NCBI GenBank assembly: GCA_963675665.1
Contig: OY776510.1
Location: forward strand, 3,456,001-3,520,000
Length of the DNA: 64,000 nt
Direction of reading: 5' to 3'
DNA from: Spirochaetia bacterium
GTDB taxonomy: Bacteria > Spirochaetota > Spirochaetia > UBA9216
The notes under the pieces were generated by a model. The model had not been told where the DNA came from. It made no database searches and worked only from the letters and a program-made list of their open reading frames with translations. Shown in pieces: positions 10,584 to 20,541 of this stretch; the stretch's first letter is position 1; each line of letters starts with the position of its first letter. Made by a program: the position numbers and the translations under genes.

Positions 10584-12565
10584 GTCTGTTTACATCAAAA
10601 ATGAGGCTTCTTTCCGCTGTTGTATTAGAGGAAAAATCTGAAGCAGTAGCCCGTGAGCTTTTAAAACTCGGTCTGCTTGATTTTATCGAGATATCAAAAC
10701 TGTTTGATAAAGACAGCATCAGGCTTAAAAGTAATAATACATCCAATTCTGAAATTTCTGATTTAAGACGAAAACTCGAAACAATCTATCAGCAGGTTGA
10801 ACTGGACTATCCTTACAGGGATATACTCAGTGTTGAAGAGATGACAGAATTAAAACTGTCGGAAACAAGGGATACTATTGAGAAAATATCCGCAGAACTA
10901 CAAAAATTGAGAGATAACCAGAAAAAACTTCACCAGGAAAAACTTAAAATTGAAGAACTGATTGAATATCTCAGCTCTTCAACCGGAAAAAAATCACCGG
11001 TTTCAGGGTTTGTAAACGTACATAAGGGCAAACCCGGACGCGGCGTTTTTGAGGATATGCTGAATCATCTAAAATCCGTGCCTCATTTCGGATCTGATAT
11101 CCCGGATACTGACAATCACATCCTTATATCCCTGAGAAGAGACGAATCTGTTGTTAATGAAGTTTTCAGAAAATATGAATGGATTGAAAATGACGTTCAG
11201 TCCCGCAGCATGCATGACAATGAAATACTTATTGGAAAAATGCATAAAAATGCTGAAAAAATAAATGTTGAACTTAATGAAAATCATTCGGAAATGAAAA
11301 AGATCGTCCTTAAATATAAAGAGAATATTGATATTTTATGGAAAAACCTGCGAATTCACGAACTTTACGGTACAATTAAAAATAATTTTTCACATACTGA
11401 ACGTACCAGTCTGTTTTCCGGCTGGTTGCCTGCTGAAAAATCTGAACAGGTTGAAACTTCCATAAGAAACGCATCGGACAATAATTGCATAATTGAATGG
11501 TCTGAACCTGAACAGTTCAAAAGAGAAAGTGTACCGGTTGAAATCAGGCATTCAAAAGCACTTGCGCCTTTTCAGATGCTTGTTGAGAATTATGCTACTC
11601 CCGAATATGGTACAATTGATCCGACAATATTTGTAGCAGTCGCCTATATGATTATGTTCGGATTAATGTTCGGAGACGCCGGTCAGGGTTTTATTGTAGT
11701 ACTTATTGGTATTTTTGGTAAAATCCTTATGAAAAAAGCATCTGCAGGGATAAAAAAACTGATGCAGCTGTTTATTTACTGCGGTTCGGCATCAATAGTG
11801 TCAGGTGTATTGTTCGGATCATATTTCGGATACAAGCTTTTTCAACCGCTATGGTTTGATTATCACGGGGTGGTTTCAGGCCACAGCACTTTAAGCTCCG
11901 GAAATATTAATGATGTATATGACATTCTGAGAATAACCATATATTTCGGAATTGCTGTAATAGGCACAGGACTTATAATAAACTGGATTAACCTGTATAG
12001 AAAAAGAGACTTTTTCTCTTTTTTTCTGGATAAATCAGGCATTATAGGCGGGTGGTTTTACGGCTGCGGAGTATACACTGCTTTCTTCTTTGTAGCCAAC
12101 AGTTATAAAAAATTACCGCCGGGCAATCTGTTGACTTTGTTTTTCGGTATTCCGGTAATTATAATGTTATTCAAGGCGCCGCTGCATTTTCTGCTGCATG
12201 AAAGAAAACATAAAAGTTTTACTGCATTTACACTGATTGATTTTTTTATGGAATGGGTTGTAGAACTTCTTGAAATATTTTCAGGATATCTTGCAAACAC
12301 GCTTTCTTTTATGCGGGTTGCAGGACTTGGAATTGCACATGTAAGCCTGATGGTCGCTTTCGATACGATAGCCGGTATGACTCACGGAGCAGCGTCGATA
12401 ATTATTCTGGTCTTTGGAAATATACTGGTTATTGCACTTGAAGGGCTGTCGGCAGGAATACAGGCCTTAAGGCTTAATTATTATGAATTTTTCTCAAGGT
12501 ATTTTACCGGTAAAGGTATTGCATATAATCCGGTTTCTCTTCGAAACCGTAAACAGGAGGGCTAA
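10580..12565 (+). CDS. ntpI: V/A-type ATPase subunit I (a)
   Basis: IDPT, FGLMFGDAGQG, NTLSFMRV, IQALRLNYYEFFSRY. Confidence 0.95.
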   Translation: MSLFTSKMRLLSAVVLEEKSEAVARELLKLGLLDFIEISKLFDKDSIRLKSNNTSNSEISDLRRKLETIYQQVELDYPYRDILSVEEMTELKLSETRDTIEKISAELQKLRDNQKKLHQEKLKIEELIEYLSSSTGKKSPVSGFVNVHKGKPGRGVFEDMLNHLKSVPHFGSDIPDTDNHILISLRRDESVVNEVFRKYEWIENDVQSRSMHDNEILIGKMHKNAEKINVELNENHSEMKKIVLKYKENIDILWKNLRIHELYGTIKNNFSHTERTSLFSGWLPAEKSEQVETSIRNASDNNCIIEWSEPEQFKRESVPVEIRHSKALAPFQMLVENYATPEYGTIDPTIFVAVAYMIMFGLMFGDAGQGFIVVLIGIFGKILMKKASAGIKKLMQLFIYCGSASIVSGVLFGSYFGYKLFQPLWFDYHGVVSGHSTLSSGNINDVYDILRITIYFGIAVIGTGLIINWINLYRKRDFFSFFLDKSGIIGGWFYGCGVYTAFFFVANSYKKLPPGNLLTLFFGIPVIIMLFKAPLHFLLHERKHKSFTAFTLIDFFMEWVVELLEIFSGYLANTLSFMRVAGLGIAHVSLMVAFDTIAGMTHGAASIIILVFGNILVIALEGLSAGIQALRLNYYEFFSRYFTGKGIAYNPVSLRNRKQEG

Positions 12566-12916
12566 GTGAAAGCCAAAAGGGAATTTAAACGTAAAATAGT
12601 TTTGAGTATTGTTTTTCTTGTAGCGTTTATGGGAATTTTTTCATTCATCGGAACAGATTCGCTTTACGCGGATTCGACGCAAACTACGGACAGTACCGGG
12701 GGGAACACAATGCTGGGTCTTATAGCAGCTGCACTTGCTTTCGGATTCGGAGCAATCGGAGCCGGAATCGCTATAGCAAATGTAGGCGCAGCAGCAATGG
12801 GTGCAATCGGAGAAAAACCTGAAATAGCCTCCCAGGCCCTGATATTTGTAGCGCTTGCGGAAGGCGTTGTCGTTTTCGGATTTATTACAGCGCTTATGAT
12901 TCTCGGAAGGGTCTGA
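12566..12916 (+). CDS. ntpK: V/A-type ATPase proteolipid subunit K (c), single hairpin with N-terminal leader
   Basis: GAIGAGIA..GAIGEKP..FVALAEG. Confidence 0.93.
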   Translation: MKAKREFKRKIVLSIVFLVAFMGIFSFIGTDSLYADSTQTTDSTGGNTMLGLIAAALAFGFGAIGAGIAIANVGAAAMGAIGEKPEIASQALIFVALAEGVVVFGFITALMILGRV

Positions 12917-12925
12917 TATTCTTTA

Positions 12926-13231
12926 ATGAAGTATTTTATTATAGGTGATGAAGATACTGTTCTCGGATTTGAACTTGCAGGCGTTTCCGGAATTGCCGTT
13001 GAAACATCTGATGATACGGACAAGGCTTTTACATCAGCTTTGCAGGACAGGGAAAACGGTATTATAATCATCACCGAAAATGCGGCGTCAATGATAAGAG
13101 AAAGAGTGGACAGTCTCCTGTTTACGGCCGCATTTCCGCTAATCGTTGAGATACCGGGCAGCGAAGGACAGAATAAAGACAGAAAAGACCTTAGAACCCT
13201 TGTGAACGAAGCGATAGGGATAAAACTGTAG
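12926..13231 (+). CDS. ntpF: V/A-type ATPase subunit F
   Basis: IGDEDTVLGFELAGV, PLIVEIP, AIGIKL. Confidence 0.92.
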   Translation: MKYFIIGDEDTVLGFELAGVSGIAVETSDDTDKAFTSALQDRENGIIIITENAASMIRERVDSLLFTAAFPLIVEIPGSEGQNKDRKDLRTLVNEAIGIKL

Positions 13232-13233
13232 CC

Positions 13234-13845
13234 ATGGATGATAACAAATTACTGCAGAGTATTATTGAACAATCAAAGAAGGACGCTGAGAAAATTCTTG
13301 AAAAAGCTGAACAGACTGCTGAGGAAAGACGTTCTTCTTTCAGCTCAAATCTGACGCGCATACAGAACGAAACAGACAGTAAAATAGCGGACAGACTTGA
13401 AGAACTGAAAAAGCGCTCCGACTCTGCTGTAATTTCTGAAATACGCAGGCAGCGCTTAAAAAAGCGTGAATTTGTAAACGCTGAAATCAGGCAGTTTTTC
13501 CTGAAAAAAATTCAGGAAATGATTGGGACGCCTGAGTATGATTTGTTTCTTGCAAAGCTTATTGCGGAAGGCGCCCTGGCGGTTGATGATGATATTGCTG
13601 TAGTAAATTGCTCTTTCAGAGAAAAAATAACGGATTCGATTCTATCCAATGCTTCAGAAATAATCAAAAAAAACACCGGAAAAGAAATTAAGTTGATACT
13701 TGCAAAATCTCCACCGTTAACCGGACAGGGAATAGTAGTCGAATCAGAAAACGGCCGGATAGCTTATAACAATCAGATTGAAACAAGGCTTAGACGGTTT
13801 GATGAAGATATCAAAGGAGTAATATCAAAATGGATAACAGAATAA
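13234..13845 (+). CDS. ntpE: V/A-type ATPase subunit E
   Basis: N-terminal coiled coil, GIVVESENGRIAYNN; operon position. Confidence 0.85.
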   Translation: MDDNKLLQSIIEQSKKDAEKILEKAEQTAEERRSSFSSNLTRIQNETDSKIADRLEELKKRSDSAVISEIRRQRLKKREFVNAEIRQFFLKKIQEMIGTPEYDLFLAKLIAEGALAVDDDIAVVNCSFREKITDSILSNASEIIKKNTGKEIKLILAKSPPLTGQGIVVESENGRIAYNNQIETRLRRFDEDIKGVISKWITE

Positions 13846-15605
13846 TCGGACGAGTTAAAAGAGTTAACGGACCTGTTATTGAAGCTTCAGATATTACAGA
13901 TGCTATGATGATGGAACTTGTCCGGATAGGAGAGGGTAAACTGGTTGGCGAAATTGTCAAACTGTCCGGTAATACTGCAGTTGTTCAGGTCTATGAAGAT
14001 ACAACAGGAGTCCGTCCGGGAGATAATGTATACGGAAGCGGAATGCCTCTTTCAGTTGAACTTGGACCTGGTCTTATCGGAACAATTTATGACGGAATAC
14101 AGCGGCCGCTGGAAGCTCTTCTTGAAGCATCCGGTGAATATATCGAGAAAGGTATTACAAAACCTGCCCTGAACCGTGAAAAAAAATGGCATTTTATTCC
14201 GCAAAAAGGTCTTAAGGCAGGCGAAAAAATTGAAGAAGGTTTCCAGATCGGAATGGTAAAGGAAACCGAAAGGGTTTCTCATAAAATTCTTGTGCCTCCG
14301 GGAAAAGGCGGAACCATCAAAACAATAGCAGCAGAGGGCGATTATTCAATCGAAGAAATTGCTGCAGAGATAGACACGTCAAAAGGTCCGTTTCAAATGA
14401 GTTTTTACCAGCGCTGGTCAATCAGAAATCCGCGCCCGGTAAAAAAGAGGGAACCGCTTAATATCCCGCTGATAACGGGCCAAAGGGTAATTGATACGCT
14501 TTTCCCGCTTGCGAAAGGCGGTACTGTTGCCATTCCCGGCGGTTTCGGAACAGGTAAAACAATGACACAGCATGCTGTAGCAAAATGGTGCGATGCCGAC
14601 ATTATCGTCTATATAGGCTGCGGAGAGCGCGGTAATGAAATGACAGATGTACTAATGGAATTCCCTGAGCTGATAGACCCTAGAACCGGAACCTCCCTGA
14701 TGGACAGAACTATCCTTATAGCTAATACTTCAAACATGCCGGTATCTGCCCGCGAGGCAAGTATTTATACTGGAGTAACACTAGCTGAATACTACCGTGA
14801 TCAGGGTTACCATGTTGCAGTTATGGCGGATTCAACATCTCGCTGGGCGGAAGCGCTCAGGGAATTATCGGGACGTATGGAGGAAATGCCTGCCGAAGAA
14901 GGGTTTCCGGCATATCTTCCAACCCGTATCGCCGAGTTTTATGAAAGGGCCGGCTATATGAAGGTTCTGGACGGTTCGGAAGGTTCAGTTACGATTATCG
15001 GTGCTGTTTCCCCCCCGGGAGGCGATTTCTCCGAGCCGGTAACGCAGCATACTAAAAGATTTGTTCGGTGCTTCTGGGGACTTGATCGCCAGTTGGCGAA
15101 CGCAAGGCATTATCCAGCTATAAGCTGGCTTGATTCATACAGCGAATATCTCGGCGATGTTTCTGACTGGTGGGAAACGCATTCAGGTACTTCATGGCTT
15201 AAAAACAGGGCTGAAATGATGGAGCTGCTTCAAAAAGAAGTAAGGCTTCAGCAGGTTGTAAAGCTGGTAGGCCCGGATGCTTTGCCCGACAGTCAGCGTT
15301 TTGTTATCGAAGTCTGTTCAATGTTCAAGAACGCATTTCTGCAGCAGAACGCCTTTGATGATATAGACAGGTATTCAACTATTGAAAAGCAGGTGAGAAT
15401 GATGGAAATAATCCTTACCTACAGCAGACGCGGAGCTGATGCTATCAGGCGGGGAGTTACTCTGGTAAAATTAAGGCATATGAAAATTATACAGGACATC
15501 GCCAGGATGAAACTGAATATCCCGAATGACGATATGAACGGTATGGATAAACTTGAAGCCCGTCTTGAACGGGCGATGGATCAGCTGGAGAGCATTTATG
15601 AATAA
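13830..15605 (+). CDS. ntpA: V/A-type ATPase subunit A
   Basis: [39 protein letters not shown]. Confidence 0.97.
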   Translation: MDNRIIGRVKRVNGPVIEASDITDAMMMELVRIGEGKLVGEIVKLSGNTAVVQVYEDTTGVRPGDNVYGSGMPLSVELGPGLIGTIYDGIQRPLEALLEASGEYIEKGITKPALNREKKWHFIPQKGLKAGEKIEEGFQIGMVKETERVSHKILVPPGKGGTIKTIAAEGDYSIEEIAAEIDTSKGPFQMSFYQRWSIRNPRPVKKREPLNIPLITGQRVIDTLFPLAKGGTVAIPGGFGTGKTMTQHAVAKWCDADIIVYIGCGERGNEMTDVLMEFPELIDPRTGTSLMDRTILIANTSNMPVSAREASIYTGVTLAEYYRDQGYHVAVMADSTSRWAEALRELSGRMEEMPAEEGFPAYLPTRIAEFYERAGYMKVLDGSEGSVTIIGAVSPPGGDFSEPVTQHTKRFVRCFWGLDRQLANARHYPAISWLDSYSEYLGDVSDWWETHSGTSWLKNRAEMMELLQKEVRLQQVVKLVGPDALPDSQRFVIEVCSMFKNAFLQQNAFDDIDRYSTIEKQVRMMEIILTYSRRGADAIRRGVTLVKLRHMKIIQDIARMKLNIPNDDMNGMDKLEARLERAMDQLESIYE

Positions 15606-17001
15606 AAACCTTATCGAAAAGGAACTGCTGTCCGGCAGAGAATATGCCGGCGTTGATCAAATTGAAGGGCCGCTGGTATATATTAGAAAAACACATCCGG
15701 TAGGATACAAGGAGCTTGTAGAATGCATAGACAGAGACGGAAATGTACGAACCGGCCTCGTACTGGATACTTCCGAGGATGTTGTAGTAGTTCAGATTTT
15801 TGAAGGCACATCCGGTCTGACTCTGCCTCAGACAAGAATGCGTTTTATGGGAGAACCGCTTTCAATCGGTGTGTCCGAATCAATGCTGGGACGTGTTTTT
15901 AACGGGCTCGGCAAACCCGTAGACGGCGGTACTGCTCCGCCGACCGAAGAACTTCTTAATGTAAACGGCCGGCCGATAAACCCTACGGCAAGAGAATACC
16001 CGCGGGATTTTATCCAGACCGGTGTTTCTATTATCGACGGGATGACGACGCTTATCCGCGGACAGAAGCTTCCGATCTTTTCGGGAAACGGGCTTCCTCA
16101 TAACGAACTTGCCGCGCAGATAGCCAGGCAGGCAAATATTAAGGGTGATCAAACAAATTTTGCCGTAGTTTTTGCTGCTATGGGTGTAAAACATGATGTT
16201 GCAAGGTATTTTATCAACAGTTTTGAAGAAACCGGCGTTATAGGGAATGTAGCGCTTTTTCTGTCGCTGGCGGATGATCCGTCGATTGAACGTACTATAA
16301 CGCCGCGTACGGCGTTAACCCTTGCCGAACATCTTGCTTTTACAAAAAATATGCATGTTCTCGTAATTATGACTGATATGACAAACTACTGTGAATCGCT
16401 CAGGGAAATTTCCACCCTTCGGGGCGAAATTCCGTCGAGAAAGGGATACCCGGGTTATCTTTATTCGGACCTTGCCGAACTTTACGAACGGTCCGGGATG
16501 CTGAAAGGTATTGAAGGCTCAATAACGCAGCTGCCCATTCTTACAATGCCGAACGACGACATCAGTCATCCTGTGCCTGATCTTTCGGGATATATAACCG
16601 AAGGGCAGATTGTTTTTGAACGCGAAATGTACGGCCGAGGGATATATCCTCCAGTGGCAGGCCTGCCGTCATTGTCAAGGCTTATGAAGGACGGAATCGG
16701 AGAAGGTATGACGCGTGAAGATCATCCTCATCTTTCAAACCAGCTTTTTGCTGCTTACAGTTATGTAAAAGATGTGCGTAATCTTGCTTCGGTTATAGGA
16801 GAAGAAGAACTGACCCCCCTTGATCATCAGTATATGGAATTTGGAGATTTTTTTGAACGTTCTTTTGTTAACCAGGACAATCATGAAAACCGTTCAATTG
16901 AGGAAACGCTTGATATAGGTTGGGAAGCGCTGTCAAAACTTCCTGTTGAAGAACTGCACAGGGTAACTGAAGAAGAAATAGATGAATACTATGGACGTTA
17001 A
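15598..17001 (+). CDS. ntpB: V/A-type ATPase subunit B
   Basis: [30 protein letters not shown]. Confidence 0.97.
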   Translation: MNKNLIEKELLSGREYAGVDQIEGPLVYIRKTHPVGYKELVECIDRDGNVRTGLVLDTSEDVVVVQIFEGTSGLTLPQTRMRFMGEPLSIGVSESMLGRVFNGLGKPVDGGTAPPTEELLNVNGRPINPTAREYPRDFIQTGVSIIDGMTTLIRGQKLPIFSGNGLPHNELAAQIARQANIKGDQTNFAVVFAAMGVKHDVARYFINSFEETGVIGNVALFLSLADDPSIERTITPRTALTLAEHLAFTKNMHVLVIMTDMTNYCESLREISTLRGEIPSRKGYPGYLYSDLAELYERSGMLKGIEGSITQLPILTMPNDDISHPVPDLSGYITEGQIVFEREMYGRGIYPPVAGLPSLSRLMKDGIGEGMTREDHPHLSNQLFAAYSYVKDVRNLASVIGEEELTPLDHQYMEFGDFFERSFVNQDNHENRSIEETLDIGWEALSKLPVEELHRVTEEEIDEYYGR

Positions 17002-17020
17002 CGACGGAGAATGATGAATA

Positions 17021-17650
17021 ATGAAGCGTAATGTAGCGCCGACAAGATCCAACCTTCTCAAACTCAAAGAAGAATTGAAGTTCGCCGAACTGGGGTATGA
17101 GCTTCTCGATCAGAAAAGAAACATACTTGTTATAGAATTGCTGAATCTTGTAGATCAGGCGGTTGAGTATGAAGCAAAAGTTAATGCATCGCTTGACACC
17201 GCATATTCATCTTTACGTGATTCCATTTTGAAAATGGGTAAACTTAAAGTAGGAAACCTCAGCGGCGCAATCGGTGTGGAAAATGAAATAAGTTTGAAGG
17301 AACGCAGAGTCATGGGAGTAAAACTTCCTGTTGTTGATACTGAGTTTACTGATAACGGCCCGTATTTCAGCCCGCTTGATACAAGTTTTCTTGTTGAAGA
17401 AGCTCTCGACGGTTTTAAGGATTCATTGAAACTGATGGGCAGACTGGCTGAACTTAAGGTGTCTATAATGCGTCTTGCACTTGAAGTCAAAAAAACGATA
17501 AGAAAGGTCAATGCTCTTGAAAAAATAGCAATACCTGACCTTAAGGAAACGCTGGATTTCACTTTAAGCCGGCTTGAAGAGGCTGAACGTGAAAATTTTA
17601 TATTGATGAAACTGGTTAAAACCAGGCTTGAAAAAAAGAAGTTGGAATGA
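17021..17650 (+). CDS. ntpD: V/A-type ATPase subunit D
   Basis: PTRSNL, GYELLDQKR, RKVNALE. Confidence 0.95.
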   Translation: MKRNVAPTRSNLLKLKEELKFAELGYELLDQKRNILVIELLNLVDQAVEYEAKVNASLDTAYSSLRDSILKMGKLKVGNLSGAIGVENEISLKERRVMGVKLPVVDTEFTDNGPYFSPLDTSFLVEEALDGFKDSLKLMGRLAELKVSIMRLALEVKKTIRKVNALEKIAIPDLKETLDFTLSRLEEAERENFILMKLVKTRLEKKKLE

Positions 17651-17666
17651 AAATACAGGAGGAACG

Positions 17667-18152
17667 ATGAGTGGTCCGATAAAGAATATACTTGTTTATA
17701 TCGACGGAACGGAAACATCAATCTCGGCGGCAATGTATGCAATTGCTCTGGCCAAGACAACCGGTGCGTCGTTAACAGCTCTGTATGTTGTAAACACAAG
17801 GGCATTGAATGATCTGGTCAAAGCGAGGATCTTTCTGAAAGAAGAGGAAGCAGAATATCATCAGGATCTGGAAAAGGACGCCGAGAGGTATCTTAATCAT
17901 GTACGAAGACTGGCTGAAAAAAAGAATATGGCTATAAATATAAAAAGTCTTTCAGGTACAATTCATCGTGAAATAAAAAATGAAATAAAAGAAAATAATT
18001 ATGATATGCTGGTGCTTGGCGGAATATCAAATATAAGAAGCAGACGCGACGAGTTTTTCAACGAAACAGATCGTGCCATGAGGGCAGTAAGCTGTCCGGT
18101 TCTTGTTATTAAGGACGAAGAGCAGGTGTGGGAGATTTTTGAAGCCGTTTAG
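17667..18152 (+). CDS. Universal stress protein
   Basis: KNILVYIDG, DMLVLG, SCPVLVIK. Confidence 0.88.
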   Translation: MSGPIKNILVYIDGTETSISAAMYAIALAKTTGASLTALYVVNTRALNDLVKARIFLKEEEAEYHQDLEKDAERYLNHVRRLAEKKNMAINIKSLSGTIHREIKNEIKENNYDMLVLGGISNIRSRRDEFFNETDRAMRAVSCPVLVIKDEEQVWEIFEAV

Positions 18153-18161
18153 GAGATAATT

Positions 18162-18611
18162 ATGGGATTTATAGAATTACTTGACAAGAACCTTATAAAA
18201 GTTCCGATTGAAGCAAAAATTAAAAATGACGTACTTGAAGAACTGGTTAACCTTCTTGACTCTGAAGGCAAACTTAAAGACCGTGAACAGGCTCTTCAGG
18301 ACATTTTAAAACGCGAAATGCTCTGCAGTACCGGGCTTGAACGTGGTATTGCCGTACCTCATGCCAAAACAGACTCTGTTGATCAGATGGTAATGGCAAT
18401 TGGAATATCTCCAAAAGGAATAGATTTCAATGCTCTGGACGGAAACCCGTCATCGCTGTTTTTCATGATTCTGGCGCCGCCGGATATGTCGGGTCCGCAT
18501 ATTGAAGTTTTATCGGATATAGCAAAAGTAACAAAATCAAATGCGGTATGCAGGCTGCTTACAGCTGCAATAAATGCGGACGAGGTTATTGAACTTTTTG
18601 AAGATGAGTAA
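18162..18611 (+). CDS. PTS IIA-like protein (Ntr/fructose type)
   Basis: REMLCSTGLERGIAVPHAK with phospho-His. Confidence 0.9.
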   Translation: MGFIELLDKNLIKVPIEAKIKNDVLEELVNLLDSEGKLKDREQALQDILKREMLCSTGLERGIAVPHAKTDSVDQMVMAIGISPKGIDFNALDGNPSSLFFMILAPPDMSGPHIEVLSDIAKVTKSNAVCRLLTAAINADEVIELFEDE

Positions 18612-18647
18612 AGATAACCCCGGTCGGGGTTATCAGAGATACCCGGT

Positions 18648-19826
18648 TTAAAAATCCTGATTGTTTTTGTCTGAATCTTCCTTATCCGGAGATTTTTTGT
18701 CTCCATGAATGAGATAAACATGCGGAAAGGGAATGGAAATATTATTGTCCCTGAATTTTCTCCAAATCATCCTGTTAATATGATCATGGGCATCGAATTT
18801 ATACTGAAGATCCGTTATCCATGTAAAAAGGCTTAAATCAAGACCCGAGTCGCCGAAACCTTTAAAACGCGCAACCGGCGGAGGATTTTTCAAAGAATAT
18901 GGACAGTCTTTTCCAATTTCTTCAAGAATCTTTAATGCAATCTCGGGATCATCGCCATAAGAAATCTGGACTTTGTTTTTGATTACTATTTCCCTGTTTT
19001 CATAGGAATAGTTATGAACCACGTTTTCAACAAAATTGGAATTGGGAACAATTATATTCTCATTGGTCATGGTAGTAATATTTGTAGAGTTAAGCCTTAT
19101 CTGGGTAACAGTTCCCTCAAATCCGTTTATAGTAATACGGTCGCCTTCCTTAACGGGTCTGCTGAAAATTATTATAAGACCGGCAATAATATTGGAAACA
19201 ATCTTCTGCAAACCAAAACCGAGCCCGATTCCAAGCACTCCGAAAATAAGCGTAAGCGCGGAAAGATCAATACCGATAACAGACAGACCTATTAAAACGA
19301 TGATAATCATCACCCCGTATTGAATGATTGATGTAAAACTGAATTGCTTTGATTTATCAAAACCCATTCTGTCAAGAAGATCTTTGCTGACCATTCTTTT
19401 TATTGTTTTGCCGACCCATGAGCCTATATAGAAAACCGGAATGGTCAGAATGATTGTTATTATTGTTATTCTTGTTTGACCCGATTCAATAATCGGTTGA
19501 TTCAGAACCTCATAAATCATTCCAAGATATTTCATTGTCTCAGCGCCCAGGAGGTTCGCAACAAGAACAATAACAAGAATGTAATAAATAATATTTATTC
19601 CCCGTCTTATCCAGGTGTTTGCAGCTTTTTTATTTTCGTCTTTTGCCTTTGATCTGTTTACAAGTGCCGAAAGGCCTCGTTTGAAGATCTTGAAAACAAA
19701 GAAAATGATGACCACTGGAATAATCAACCTGAGAAGAAGATTCAGCAGATTAAACGGAAGTTCAAGATTTCCGATTGAAATTGTAGATAAAAGTACTGTT
19801 TCTATAAATTCTTTAATGTTTTCCAT
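18648..19826 (-). CDS. Small-conductance mechanosensitive channel (MscS family)
   Basis: GIGLGFGLQ, GDRI, IVPNS, IPFP. Confidence 0.92.
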   Translation of the reverse strand: MENIKEFIETVLLSTISIGNLELPFNLLNLLLRLIIPVVIIFFVFKIFKRGLSALVNRSKAKDENKKAANTWIRRGINIIYYILVIVLVANLLGAETMKYLGMIYEVLNQPIIESGQTRITIITIILTIPVFYIGSWVGKTIKRMVSKDLLDRMGFDKSKQFSFTSIIQYGVMIIIVLIGLSVIGIDLSALTLIFGVLGIGLGFGLQKIVSNIIAGLIIIFSRPVKEGDRITINGFEGTVTQIRLNSTNITTMTNENIIVPNSNFVENVVHNYSYENREIVIKNKVQISYGDDPEIALKILEEIGKDCPYSLKNPPPVARFKGFGDSGLDLSLFTWITDLQYKFDAHDHINRMIWRKFRDNNISIPFPHVYLIHGDKKSPDKEDSDKNNQDF

Positions 19827-20016
19827 ATACCTGTTAGTCCATATAGTAATATTTATATCGATAATTATATAATTTCTTTTTGACAATTTCTATTATCCAT
19901 TTTATCATATATTATTGTTTTCATCAGTACTACTAGAAATAATTTAGCATCAGTCTTTCTTGAAGATTTTTTGGCTTAGAAAAAGGAACAGCTTAAGCAA
20001 ATAAACTAAGAAGGAG

Positions 20017-20541
20017 ATGTACATGGCAGAAACTGTTCAGAGTCCACACAAAGAATTAACCGAAGAACAAATTATCCGGCAGACAGACATTGTAGTAGGT
20101 GAATTCGAGGGAAAACAGGGAGCACTCATTCCTGTTCTTCAAACCATGCAGGATATTTTCGGATACCTGCCCGAAATTGCTTTAAAAAGAGCGGGCGAAA
20201 AGATGAAAATTCCTTACAGCGAGGTGGCTGGCGTCGTTAGCTTTTACAAATACTTTTCAACAGTTCCCCGCGGGAAATTTCTTATCAGGGTATGTCTCGG
20301 CACATCCTGCTATGTGCGTGGGGGAAAAGAAGTACTTAAAAGTCTGAAAGAAAATCTTGGCATCGATATAGATGAAACAACTGACGACCGGCTCTTTTCG
20401 CTTAAAGTCGGACGATGTTTCGGTGCATGCGGCCTTGCTCCTGTAATTATGATAAATGATGATATCTATCGACGGGTTAAGCCCTCAAAAGTAGGTGAGA
20501 TTCTTCAGAGTTACAGAATTATGGAGGCTGAAAATGGTTAA
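20017..20541 (+). CDS. hydC: [FeFe]-hydrogenase gamma subunit (NuoE-like, 2Fe-2S)
   Basis: CLGTSC, CFGACGLAP. Confidence 0.92.
   Translation: MYMAETVQSPHKELTEEQIIRQTDIVVGEFEGKQGALIPVLQTMQDIFGYLPEIALKRAGEKMKIPYSEVAGVVSFYKYFSTVPRGKFLIRVCLGTSCYVRGGKEVLKSLKENLGIDIDETTDDRLFSLKVGRCFGACGLAPVIMINDDIYRRVKPSKVGEILQSYRIMEAENG

Noticed and set aside
17155-17805. 216-aa antisense ORF and other antisense ORFs over housekeeping genes
   Set aside because: Shadow frames of well-supported genes, with no motifs.
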